A DNA stretch of 64,000 bases from an uncultured cyanobacterium (GTDB taxonomy: Bacteria > Cyanobacteriota > Cyanobacteriia > Cyanobacteriales > Nostocaceae), in the NCBI GenBank assembly GCA_963740315.1, contig CAVUDP010000002.1:320001-384000 (forward strand), in the 5' to 3' direction. The position numbers and the translations under genes were made by a program. The notes below the pieces were generated by a model. The model did no database searches and was not told the origin of the DNA. It worked only from the letters and a program-made list of their open reading frames with translations. Below are positions 30,890-41,043 of the stretch, piece by piece. The number at the start of each line of letters is the position of its first letter. Within the stretch, counting starts at the first letter, position 1.

Positions 30890-32441
30890 TTAATTCACAT
30901 AAGTATCTAATATCGCCGAAAAGTTTCCTGTAACTATTCTAATACCTTTAATATTTATATCTGTGCGAACAAAGTTCTTGTCTATTTGGTTTTCATAATG
31001 AGGAATAACAAAGCTACTTTCTGAAATATTAACTTCTTCTACTTGCTGTAACGCTAGTTCATAAGTCAATTGTTTTATAACATCAATTCTATACTTTTCA
31101 TCTGTATTTTCAAACCACAAATATCTATTTTTTTCATAAAAATTAATTGAAACATTTTTAAAATCAATAATACATAGTTTACAGCTATCTTCTGAATTAG
31201 ATTTTAGAACTAAGTCAGGACGAGGAAATCGTCTTAATGCGTGTCTTCTATCTCTGTTTTGAAAATCATTATACTTATTGTTTGAGTGAACAAGAGTAGC
31301 AGATTGTGTATCAAATTCAATACAAAGTAATTCGTTCCATCCAAAAAATCCTTCTTCTTTAGGATAGGGAACATGAGATTCTATTCGATAAATCCATTGA
31401 TTTGCATAATTAGTTTCATTGTTGCTTTTATATTGAAAGTTACCAACCCGATTTTTTTCTTCTCCCTGTCTTTCAATATTCTGATGATCGTTCAAAGGTA
31501 TATCTGTATCAGCAAACAAAATTTTTATATTGTGATTTTTGAAAAAATATGTGTGACACATATCCTCCCATATTAATGAGAAGCCATTGATACCCCAGAA
31601 TAAACCATCATTTTGATTGGGATTAATTTCACCATACAAAAATATTTCAATTGCTTCGTAAAGTCCCCAATAATCAGCATCCTTATAATAAGTGTTTTTA
31701 TCTATATTATAAGGATGCTTCTTTCAAAATATTAATAGTCTCAACAAAAGTATCTTTGTCAAAAATTGATTGGTTGCTAGCTAAATATTCATCTTGGAAA
31801 GATTGAGCAAAAAACCTAATATCCGCAATATGAGCTTTGACATTATCAGGTACATCTTCATTTAACTGCTGTACAATTTCATCAAGAATGTAACAGTAGA
31901 GATTTACAATATTTGTACTCTCATAACGTATAATCGGACGTGGCAAATCCATCGTTTCAACATAAATTACATCATTATCTAAGTAAATAGCCCTTTCCAA
32001 ATATTTATGAATCTGGGAATAGTCTATATCCTTACTGCGTCTTACTTTATTTTGAATTGAGTTGATAGTAAGCTCATCATAGGCTTCTAGAACTCGTTCA
32101 ATCATCTTAATTTTGCTATAAAGTACGCAAGATTCTCCTTCTTCAGTCTGTATACTTATACCACCTGAAGAAAGAGTAGTTTGATCTTGTGCTTGCTGAT
32201 ATTCAGGTTTGTTTATTTGAAATCTATTAGTACATACATTATCACGTTCAAACTTGCGGAAAGTGCGATACATTTTAAAAAATAAATCTCGCACTTTATC
32301 AAAATCTTCCTCTGGAAAATTTTCAAATCCGTTAGGTAGGCAAAACTCAAAACCATTTTCATGTTGAGATTGTCTGATACCTACAAAATTGTCATGAGGT
32401 TCTCTAATCTTTACCAAATGCAGTTGAGAAAAATTAAACAT
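30890..32441 (-). pseudogene. McrC/LlaJI-family PD-(D/E)xK nuclease, split by a +1 frameshift (about 516 aa if repaired)
   Basis: N-half FVGI..FCLPNG; C-half WEDMC, RPDLV, IIDFK, KQLTY; second frame open across the gap (NIDKNTYYKDADYWGLYEAIEIFLYGE). Confidence 0.75.
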
Positions 32442-32490
32442 GAAATACCGACGAAATAAATAATTATATTGACAAATATTCTTTATTATT

Positions 32491-33540
32491 TTAAGTCAAA
32501 TCATGATGATTTAGGTTTAGCATTTTACTAATAAAATCATTATGCAATGTCGTGAAGTCGCCAAATGTAACAAGCTGTTCTGGCTCTACACCTAATAGTT
32601 CTCTAAGAGGTTTTTTATCTCGATTAAAAACGCTATCCCAAAGAAAGAACATTAGCTTATTTTGTATTTTATTAGTAGTAATAGGGTCTTTGATAAAATA
32701 GTAACCAATTTGCTTATCTTCTATTCCTCGAATAGAGGCATGATGATTTTTTATGAAAGTGTTTAAGTTTTTAATTAATTTTTGCCAATCTTGTTGAGTT
32801 AACTTTGGTCCATAGTTCGCAGTAGGAAGCTCTCTATTATCCCAATCAACAAATTCCCAATCCCAACGACGTTTGAAAGCACTATCCATAAAATAAATGG
32901 AGTTATCGGAAGTGTTCATGGTGCCAAGGATAGATAGATTGGGAGGAAGTTTAATAATTCTATTTACTAAATCAATATTTAAAAAAAGGATTTTTCTTTG
33001 TAATGTTTCAAGCTTCGCAACACCATCATGAGGAGATAATCTATAATCGTTTATATTTCCTTGAGCATCATATCCAAATTTCGTTCCAATCAATTCCAAC
33101 AACTTGTGAAATTCAATAGGAGTTAGATTAATTCCATAGCTAGACCATCCATCTTCTTCTCTGTCTAGTAGTTGAAATACTGTTCCAAATATAGCTGATG
33201 TGTTACCACGATTAATCTCATCGATTACTAAGGCAATATTGTCTGGTTCAGATATTTGATTTCCTTCTCTATTGTAAGCTTTATAAATATTTTCGTATGC
33301 TCTAGCCAAAGCTACTAAAAAGTGTCCTTCGTAGTAGTTGTACTCTACCTTTCCTCCTCTTGTAAGTGGTACTAGTTTTCCCATAAAATCACCGTAGGTA
33401 TATTCTGGATGGAAAACTGTACTAATAATATTTTTTGCTTCCGATATCTTTAAATCGTTTTTGACAATTTCGTTATGAACTCGATGACTTTTTCCGGTTC
33501 CAGGGCTTCCAAAGAGAATTTGTTGAATAGGGCTTTTCAT
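32491..33540 (-). CDS. McrB-family AAA+ GTPase without N-terminal DNA-binding domain
   Basis: Walker A GSPGTGKS at residue 11, FHPEYTYGDF, Walker B IDEINRGN, McrB signature MNTSD, FKRRW. Confidence 0.88.
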   Translation of the reverse strand: MKSPIQQILFGSPGTGKSHRVHNEIVKNDLKISEAKNIISTVFHPEYTYGDFMGKLVPLTRGGKVEYNYYEGHFLVALARAYENIYKAYNREGNQISEPDNIALVIDEINRGNTSAIFGTVFQLLDREEDGWSSYGINLTPIEFHKLLELIGTKFGYDAQGNINDYRLSPHDGVAKLETLQRKILFLNIDLVNRIIKLPPNLSILGTMNTSDNSIYFMDSAFKRRWDWEFVDWDNRELPTANYGPKLTQQDWQKLIKNLNTFIKNHHASIRGIEDKQIGYYFIKDPITTNKIQNKLMFFLWDSVFNRDKKPLRELLGVEPEQLVTFGDFTTLHNDFISKMLNLNHHDLT

Positions 33541-33909
33541 GGCTGATTACGTTCTGTAAAGATGCAATGACAAAGTAGAAAACGGCAAACGGGCTTTTTT
33601 AGCTTACTTTTCCTCTGTTACTAATAGTGACAACAGTATAAAAAACCTTGCTTTTATCGAATATAGGAAAGGTCAGACTATTGCACCACATTTGGTATAA
33701 ATTTCTATTTATAATATTCCCTGAAAGATCGCAAAACTAACATTAGCAGGCAAATTGGTTGTGTTGTTGGTATATCATGCTACTATTTTCTTTTAAGTAA
33801 GCATTTCAGTGGATTAGTTTCTTATTAATCATTAAAAAGCACAAAGACAGCAAAATTTTCTTAGCACTTTAGTGTCTTTGCGCTATATGATTATTATTTA
33901 GTTAAGAAC

Positions 33910-34728
33910 TCAAACCTTCGCTATTTCACCCGCAGCAACATCTACATTCAACCGCTTCAACATTGCTTCGCGCCCTTGCATCGCTAAGGTATCATCCAAG
34001 GGTGTCAAAGAAACGGGTTCTTGATATTTGTTTCGCAAGGCTGTTTGAATTAACCAATCGGCGACAACGGGGTTTTTGGGTAATAATGGCCCGTGAGAAT
34101 AAGTTGCGATCGCATTCTGATAAAACGCTCCTTCTGTGCCATCTTCACCGTTATTTCCCAAGCCGTAAACTACTTTACCCAAGGCTTCGACTTTTCCTAA
34201 TTTAGTACGTCCGCCGTGATTTTCAAAGCCGACTAAATAAGGTGTAGCGCCACCCAACATTTCTTTTAAATCTTTGGCTAATTTAGAAGCGGTAACTTCT
34301 ATTACCAAATTACCGATGCAGCGGCGGGTATTTTCACCGGGATGCACGGAGACTAAATCCAAGATTCCCAAACCTTCGATTCTTTGTCCCAAACCGGGTT
34401 CGTAATAATGTCCCAACAGTTGTGGGGAACCGCAGGTAAACACGCCGGGGGTACCATTATCAAGTTTTTCACGCATGGCATCAGCTTTCGCACCTTTCAA
34501 ATCGCGCATCACGATTTCCTGCTGTCTATCCTGTGCCCCACCACCAACGATAATATCTACAGATTTAATATCATCGGCGGTAGAATTTTGGTCTAAAGGA
34601 ACAACTTTAACGTCATATCCGCGCCATTGAGTACGACGTTCGATAACGATGACATTACCCCTGTCTCCATAAGTACTCATCAAAGTTGGGTAAAGCCAGC
34701 CTATAGTTAATTCAATTTGGTTATTCAT
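33910..34728 (-). CDS. gatD: Lipid II isoglutaminyl synthase glutaminase subunit (CobQ-like GATase)
   Basis: YGDRGN, GGGAQDRQQ, FENHGGRT, HGPLLPKNP; ATG 34728; adjacent to murT. Confidence 0.9.
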   Translation of the reverse strand: MNNQIELTIGWLYPTLMSTYGDRGNVIVIERRTQWRGYDVKVVPLDQNSTADDIKSVDIIVGGGAQDRQQEIVMRDLKGAKADAMREKLDNGTPGVFTCGSPQLLGHYYEPGLGQRIEGLGILDLVSVHPGENTRRCIGNLVIEVTASKLAKDLKEMLGGATPYLVGFENHGGRTKLGKVEALGKVVYGLGNNGEDGTEGAFYQNAIATYSHGPLLPKNPVVADWLIQTALRNKYQEPVSLTPLDDTLAMQGREAMLKRLNVDVAAGEIAKV

Positions 34729-34739
34729 AATAAAGGAAG

Positions 34740-35000
34740 TAGGGAATGATGGGGGAGAGGGGGAGAGGGGGAAGAGGGGGGATGGGGAGTACTTCGACAA
34801 GTCTTACAGTGAGCTACGTCGAACTGCTCAGTAACCTTTGGGGAGATGGGGAGATGAGAGCAGAGGAGGCAGAGGATATTAATTAATTTTAAATTGCTTC
34901 CTCGGCTCCCTCGGCTCCCTCCGCTCCCTCCGCAATATCATCTCCTAACTCCTAACTCTTAACTCCTAACTGGTTACTGTTCACTGTTCACTGTTCACTG
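34740..35000. repeat. Composite intergenic repeat: GGGGAGA STRR, repeat A (34787-34836), GAGG/CCTC palindrome, TAACTCC and TCACTGT STRR
   Basis: Direct inspection. Confidence 0.8.
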
Positions 35001-35007
35001 ATTTAAA

Positions 35008-36339
35008 TCACCGAATTTTCTTACCTGTCAATGCTTCCCTTACATCTAACATTGCCGTGTAAGTGGGTAAAATGTGTAAGGTTTCGTGTTCTGGGGTATG
35101 TTCTAATGCGGTTGTAATTGCTTTTCGTAAGTCTTCTTCGACAATCAACTTTAAATTGTTGTCAGGGGACTTTTGGCTGTAGCGCAGACGTAATGCCATA
35201 TCGTAAACGCGATCGCCACTTACAATTAAAGTACCTCCCCGCTGTACCAATTCTTCGGTGTCAACATCCCAAATCCAGGATACATCTTCGCCATCCTGTA
35301 CGCGATCGTTCAAAACCAGCAAAGTTGTTTTATTATTGCTTTCGGTAACTACGCGAATGGTTTCGTTGGTACCTACGGGGTTTTTTGATAGCAGAATCCG
35401 GACTTTTTTACCATTAATATTTAATTCTTCCGCACGCCCAAAAGCTGGTTTAAATTTCGGAATAGAAGAACGAATATTAGCTTCGTCAATTCCTAATTCT
35501 TTGGCGGCAGTGGCAGCGGCTAAGGTATTGTATTTGTTATAAAGTCCTACCAGAACTTGTTCCCATTCGCGACTTTTTAAATCGGGTTGGCTTTTAGCAA
35601 AACCGCAAGCTGGACAAGTGTAATCTCCCAAATGCGATAGATAAACCCCTTCGTAATCCAAAGAATGCCCGCAATTAGGACAGTAAATCGAATCAACTGC
35701 GTGAGGAATCGCTTCTAAATACTTTTCTGGTTCGGTTAAACCAAAAAATACGACTTTTTGAGATAATTGTTGACCCAAATAAGATAAAGTCGGATCGTCA
35801 GCATTGGGAATAACCACCGTATCTGGTGCAAGAGTAGAAATTGCTTTCGTCCACCGCTTGCTAATAGAGTCTACCTCACCATATCGATCCAATTGGTCGC
35901 GAAATAAATTTAGACAAAGAATAATATGCGGTTGAATCGGTTGCAATACTTTCGCAACAATATTTTCATCAACTTCCAAAATGGCGTAATCTACATTTAA
36001 ATTACCAATCAAATTGGTACTTTCCATCAACGCAGTTACCAAACCATTTTCCAGATTAGCGCCAGTAGAATTAAGAGCAACGCGGTACCCCTGTTCCTCC
36101 AACATCGTGCGTAACAGCAAAGATGTGGTAGTTTTACCATTAGTACCAGCAATTAAAATAATGCCCTTTTTAACTTGCTGACTCAAAGACTGCAAAAGCG
36201 CAGGATAAATACGTCGTGCGATCGAACCGGGTAAAACAGAAGCAGCACCCAAACGCAAATTACGTACACCAAAAGTCACGCTTTTTGCAGCAGACACAGC
36301 CAAACCAAGCCGTAATTTATCTATAAATTGAATTGCCAC
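35008..36339 (-). CDS. murT: Mur ligase family MurT (DUF1727)
   Basis: GTNGKTTT, LEVDE, NLFRDQLDRYGE, CPNC..CPAC Zn finger, KNPVG, DVSWIWD. Confidence 0.92.
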   Translation of the reverse strand: MAIQFIDKLRLGLAVSAAKSVTFGVRNLRLGAASVLPGSIARRIYPALLQSLSQQVKKGIILIAGTNGKTTTSLLLRTMLEEQGYRVALNSTGANLENGLVTALMESTNLIGNLNVDYAILEVDENIVAKVLQPIQPHIILCLNLFRDQLDRYGEVDSISKRWTKAISTLAPDTVVIPNADDPTLSYLGQQLSQKVVFFGLTEPEKYLEAIPHAVDSIYCPNCGHSLDYEGVYLSHLGDYTCPACGFAKSQPDLKSREWEQVLVGLYNKYNTLAAATAAKELGIDEANIRSSIPKFKPAFGRAEELNINGKKVRILLSKNPVGTNETIRVVTESNNKTTLLVLNDRVQDGEDVSWIWDVDTEELVQRGGTLIVSGDRVYDMALRLRYSQKSPDNNLKLIVEEDLRKAITTALEHTPEHETLHILPTYTAMLDVREALTGKKIR

Positions 36340-36434
36340 AAACGTACCCTAATTTTAAAGATATAAGTTTCAAATTTAATAAGCGTGAGTTTAGCGAATC
36401 CCCGGAGAAAAAGCCAGTGTTAACGTCACAAATT

Positions 36435-36630
36435 AGGGAGATGGGGAGATGGGGGAGATGGGGAGTACTTCGACAAGTCTTACAGTGAGCTACGTCGAAC
36501 TGCTCAGTAACCTTTGGGGAGATGGGGGGAAACTAAATAAAATTCTTAACTCTTAACTCTTAACTGCTAACTGCTAACTGCTAACTGCTAACTGCTAACT
36601 ATTCCCAATCCCCAATCCCCATTACCCAAT
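36435..36630. repeat. Composite intergenic repeat with repeat A (36463-36512) and STRR tracts
   Basis: Direct inspection. Confidence 0.8.
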
Positions 36631-36705
36631 TTTCTATATATCCATCTTGAAAAGTTCATTTCAGCATAAACTAAAAACAAAATCTAGCTTAAAGGGTTGC
36701 TTTAG

Positions 36706-37287
36706 ATGACTAAATTAAAATCGTATATTTTACATATTTTCTCTTATGGTTGGCAGTGCCGCTCGTCTTTATTAATACTAAGTATCTGCATATTATTTAC
36801 CAGTATGCAACCAGCATTAGCAGCTGTTGATGATGACAGTTATGAAGGCAATATCTTTATGGTTTATGCTGGCAACGGCTCGATGGTTCCCGCACACGCG
36901 ACTTTAGCCCAAGCTCTGGCAGAGCATAAACCCACAATGTTAGCTTTCTATGTGGATGACAGCAGCGATTGCAAAAAGTACGCGATCGTTATTTCTCGCA
37001 TCCAGTCGTTTTACGGTAGCGTAGCAGAAATTATCGCCGTAGATGTAGATCGAATTCCACTTGAAGCGAATTCTCCTACAGAACCAAGTTATTACTATAA
37101 GGGTGCCGTTCCTCAAGTGGTAGTATTTAATCAAGCGGGAGATGTGATTTTAAACAAAAAAGGACAAGTCCCTTTTGAGGAAATAGACGATAAATTCCGA
37201 GAAGTGTTTGATTTATTACCGCGTTCTGAATCAGTAGAATTAAAGCGGCGTTCCTTTAATGAGTTCAGTAGTGAGTTAGCTGAATAA
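36706..37287 (+). CDS. Thioredoxin-fold thylakoid protein (photosystem I accumulation factor family)
   Basis: YEGNIF..YAGNGS.VP, FYVDDSSDCK, RRSFNE; family assigned from recall. Confidence 0.75.
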   Translation: MTKLKSYILHIFSYGWQCRSSLLILSICILFTSMQPALAAVDDDSYEGNIFMVYAGNGSMVPAHATLAQALAEHKPTMLAFYVDDSSDCKKYAIVISRIQSFYGSVAEIIAVDVDRIPLEANSPTEPSYYYKGAVPQVVVFNQAGDVILNKKGQVPFEEIDDKFREVFDLLPRSESVELKRRSFNEFSSELAE

Positions 37288-37450
37288 CATAAAGTGCCGA
37301 AAAATTTGTTCGGCACTTACTTTTTAGTGATATCTAATACTGCAATCTTTGAAATGAAGGGATAATATCTAAAGGTCAGCTGTTAAGCATTTATAAATTA
37401 CTGCGTTGCCTGATGACCTATCAATGTAATAACTATTAGAGTGTATTCTG

Positions 37451-38059
37451 ATGTCAGAAGTTTACACTACCGAGGAACTAATCAAAATTTTAACAGATGA
37501 GCGCCAAGCTTGTCTGACGGGAAAACGTCTGAAGTTAGAGGTAAAGGTATCTGGTAATCCTGTTATCGATCAGTTTATCAAAACCGAAGGCTTGCAAAAG
37601 TTTACTGCCTATCAAGATTTTAAAGTCGCTATTCACGAATATCAAAGGGAGCATCAAGTTTCCGGTATTATGTGGCGAGAGGTAAATGTGAAAGGCGAAA
37701 GTTTACGTTACCCGGAAGTTGATGCACAGTTAATTGCACTACAAAACGACTTGAAAATATTAGAGTCTGCCAAAAGTTCAATTTTAGAATTTTGGTACAA
37801 AGTAACTGTCGGCATGGACTTTTATTTAAGCGTTAGTAACGGTAAACAGTATCAACAAATTAATATAGAAGATATTAAAAGAATAGACTATAGAACCCGA
37901 TGGGCTAGTCTATGGAAATGGGAAAATTCTAATTTTTTAGAAATCATTTTGCAGTTGGGATGGGGAAAACCAGAAGAAGCTTGTTATAAACGAGGATTTC
38001 CTGCATCTGGTAGCGAATTTATTCATGCAGTGAATCCAGGTAAGCAACCAATTGGATGA
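37451..38059 (+). CDS. Hypothetical protein
   Basis: 202-aa ORF with normal composition. Confidence 0.75.
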   Translation: MSEVYTTEELIKILTDERQACLTGKRLKLEVKVSGNPVIDQFIKTEGLQKFTAYQDFKVAIHEYQREHQVSGIMWREVNVKGESLRYPEVDAQLIALQNDLKILESAKSSILEFWYKVTVGMDFYLSVSNGKQYQQINIEDIKRIDYRTRWASLWKWENSNFLEIILQLGWGKPEEACYKRGFPASGSEFIHAVNPGKQPIG

Positions 38060-38076
38060 TATGTTAATTTAGACAA

Positions 38077-38136
38077 GTTTGTAGTAAGGGCATTGGTTCC
38101 CTCTCATATAAGGGAACTAAAGCCCTTACTACGAAC
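38077..38136. repeat. REP-like palindrome (GTAGTAAGGGC...GCCCTTACTAC family)
   Basis: Same family at 1955-2012, 43316-43396, 50595-50650 and 56549-56604. Confidence 0.85.
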
Positions 38137-38169
38137 CTTTATAGAAATAGTTAATTTTTAATATACATA

Positions 38170-39465
38170 ATGGTTGAGTCAATTTTGTGGCGGCTGTTTA
38201 TTGCATTGTTGATACTCAGCTTAGTTATTCTGATCGGTTTTTATTTTCGGGGAGCCTTTCGCGATCGCGTAAAATATCGAGTTAAAAATGCGCTCAAACC
38301 CGACGAACCAGAATTTCCCTTTGTCTTAGCTAGTACCACCAATTCTTTTATGAGTACTGGCGTAGTCACCAATTTCTGGAATCAAGCTGCCGACATTCAA
38401 CAAGCTCGTTTAGATGCGATCGGTAAGGCACAGCATACGATTGACTTTGAAACATTCTTTATGACTCCCGGTAAGAGAGCCGATGATTTTGCGATCGCGC
38501 TTGCCGAAAGAGCCGGAGCGGGTGTTGAAGTACGCTTGATTGTCGATCGATATGGCACAAAAAAGTTATCCAAACAATATTGGCAGCGTTTGCGAGCAAC
38601 GGGGGTAAAAATATCTTTTTTTAATGCCTTTAATTGGAAAGCTCCTTTAGATTATGCCGGTCGCACTCACCGCAAGCTATTATTAATCGATAGTAAATTT
38701 GGTTTAGTAGGTGGTGCGGGTATTTCCGATATGTGGGATGGTACCCAAAAAGATGATGATACGCAGCCTTGGTTAGATGTAGAAATGCGTCTAGAAGGAG
38801 AAATTATTAGGATTTTAACAGGGGTATTTTCGCAACACTGGACTTTTGATGACTGTACGGCAGATTTCGCTAGAGAAAAATTTCAACCTGCTGACGATAA
38901 AGATAATAAGCATTTAATGTTGGTAATACCGGGAGCAAACCCCAGAATCCGTTTTTCACCGATTCAAAATTTTAAATACAACAGTATTATTTGTGCCAGA
39001 AAACGAATTTGGTTGGCTAGCCCTTATTTTTTACCCGACGAAAACTCGATCGATTTATTAGTAGAAGCAAAACAAAAAGGGGTAGACGTTCGCATTCTTA
39101 CCACCAGCAAACGCAGTGATAAAAAGCCCGTTCACTATGCTTCCTTCGAGCATTACGGGAAGTTACTTGAAGGTGGTGTGGAAATTTTTGAGTTTCAGCC
39201 CAGCATGACTCACGCAAAATTGCTGTTAATTGACGATCTGTGGGCAACAACGGGTAGTGCTAATTTTGACCCCCGCAGCTTTTGTCATAACGAAGAATTA
39301 GATATTTGTAGCGCCCAACCTGAGTTAGTAAAGGGAATTAAAGATACTTTTGAAAAAGGTTTTGCTCAAAGCAAGCGTATTACTTTTGACGATTGGAAAA
39401 AGCGTTCTTTAATTAAACATAGAATATTAGGTAATATAGTTGATTTCTTTCAGTGGCAGTTGTGA
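38170..39465 (+). CDS. Phospholipase D family, cardiolipin synthase-like
   Basis: Two HKD motifs (HRKLLLID, HAKLLLID), SPYFLP, GSANFD. Confidence 0.9.
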   Translation: MVESILWRLFIALLILSLVILIGFYFRGAFRDRVKYRVKNALKPDEPEFPFVLASTTNSFMSTGVVTNFWNQAADIQQARLDAIGKAQHTIDFETFFMTPGKRADDFAIALAERAGAGVEVRLIVDRYGTKKLSKQYWQRLRATGVKISFFNAFNWKAPLDYAGRTHRKLLLIDSKFGLVGGAGISDMWDGTQKDDDTQPWLDVEMRLEGEIIRILTGVFSQHWTFDDCTADFAREKFQPADDKDNKHLMLVIPGANPRIRFSPIQNFKYNSIICARKRIWLASPYFLPDENSIDLLVEAKQKGVDVRILTTSKRSDKKPVHYASFEHYGKLLEGGVEIFEFQPSMTHAKLLLIDDLWATTGSANFDPRSFCHNEELDICSAQPELVKGIKDTFEKGFAQSKRITFDDWKKRSLIKHRILGNIVDFFQWQL

Positions 39466-39670
39466 GTTTGTAGGGTACGTTAGGCATTTTTAAAATCTTA
39501 TTTGAGGTTATACGTTAATTAATGCCGTAACGCACCATTGAATATTGCGATACTTAATAAAAATAAAAAAATAATCTTTATATTAAGTCAATCTTCAGAA
39601 GTCGGGTTTTTAGAATAAGTATCTGTAACAGATTTACAAATTTTATAAAAACCCGACTTCTCAACTGAAG

Positions 39671-40705
39671 TTAAGAAAGTTTAGAAAGTATTAAAGCAAA
39701 CCATTTATTTTCATCAGTCCACACCTTTTGTGTAACTAAACCTTTAGTTTGAAGTAACTGTTGAATACCATCAACATCGAATTTACGAGAAATTTCGGTA
39801 TGAATGGTTTCGCCGAGTTCAAAGTTAAGTTTGAGGTTGAGGTCGTTTAATTCTGCGGTTTGAGATTCCAACGATCGCAAATAGGTTTCTATTTGATGTT
39901 TTGTCTCATTGTAAAATGTCCAATGCTCAAACTTGGTTCGGTCAAAGTTACCGTCAAAACGGCTATTTAAATGGTCTAAAACATTAAGATTAAAATCAGC
40001 AGTTACTCCGGCAGAATCATTGTAAGCAGCTTCTAAAATATCCTTTGGCTTTTGCAAATCTATCCCTAACAAAAAATACTCTCCCGACTGTAAAGCAGCG
40101 GTAATTTGAGATAGAAAATCGTCGCATTCTTGAGGATTCAAATTACCTAAAGTACTACCGATAAAGCCGATGGTGCGACTGGGTAATTCACTTGGCTGCA
40201 ATTGTGCTAACGCTTGTTCGTAGGTTCCCGCTAATGCATGAACTTGCAATGAGGGATAATCTACCAACAGTTGTCGAGCGCTTGCTTCTAAAATACCCGC
40301 ACTCACATCAACTGGTAGATAATGCAAAGCATAACCGAGCTTTTGGTAAGCATCTAATAAGATACGAGTCTTTGTTGAACTACCGCTACCAAGTTCTATT
40401 AATTCGCAAGCGCCAGTTATTTGAGCTATTTCTTCAGCACAGTTTTGTAAAATCGAAGTCTCAGTTCTAGTTACATAATATTCCGGTAATTCGCAAATTT
40501 CTTCAAATAACTCAGAACCGCGATCGTCATATAAATAACGTGGAGATAAAGATTTATGAGTCTGAGTTAATCCTTCAACTACATCGCTTCCATCAGAAGA
40601 GGAAAGTTGTGCGGTTGCTTGTTGCAAGTTTTGTACTTTCAAGCGACTTTCAACACTGTAACAGTCGTCAACCCTGCTGCTGGTAGCTTTGGAAAATGTC
40701 GTCAT
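39671..40705 (-). CDS. egtD: L-histidine N-alpha-methyltransferase
   Basis: YDDRGSELFEEICELPEYY.TRTE, ELGSGSSTKT, AYNDSAGVTA.FN, TEISRKF; ATG 40705. Confidence 0.93.
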   Translation of the reverse strand: MTTFSKATSSRVDDCYSVESRLKVQNLQQATAQLSSSDGSDVVEGLTQTHKSLSPRYLYDDRGSELFEEICELPEYYVTRTETSILQNCAEEIAQITGACELIELGSGSSTKTRILLDAYQKLGYALHYLPVDVSAGILEASARQLLVDYPSLQVHALAGTYEQALAQLQPSELPSRTIGFIGSTLGNLNPQECDDFLSQITAALQSGEYFLLGIDLQKPKDILEAAYNDSAGVTADFNLNVLDHLNSRFDGNFDRTKFEHWTFYNETKHQIETYLRSLESQTAELNDLNLKLNFELGETIHTEISRKFDVDGIQQLLQTKGLVTQKVWTDENKWFALILSKLS

Positions 40706-40769
40706 TAAGCCTCCGATTGTTTGGTCTGAGAGGTTGCTTTTTTGCAAACCTCAAACCAAATCTAGATTA

Positions 40770-41043
40770 TCAGTAATCAGTAACCAGTAACCAGTAACCA
40801 GTTAGCAGTTACCAGTTACCAGTTAGCAGTTACCAGTTAGGAGTAGTGCGTTAGCGCAGCGTGTCCGCCAGGACATGCATCTTGCTCGCTATTTGACTAC
40901 CCTCATCTCCCCAAAGGTTACTGAGCAGTTCGACGTAGCTCACTGTAAGACTTGTCGAAGTACTCCCCATCTCCCCCGAACCCCATCCCCCTCTTCCCCC
41001 TCTTCCCCCTCTCCCCCCTCTTCCCCATCCCCCCATCCCTTCC
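40770..41043 (-). repeat. Composite repeat cassette (STRR, B, A, STRR); inverted equivalent of 1-260
   Basis: Repeat B 40842-40890 and repeat A 40916-40965 in the same order as at the window start. Confidence 0.85.

Noticed and set aside
34729..34800. N-terminal extension of GatD (MSKYSPSPLFP...)
   Set aside because: Encoded by STRR/repeat A; real start is ATG 34728
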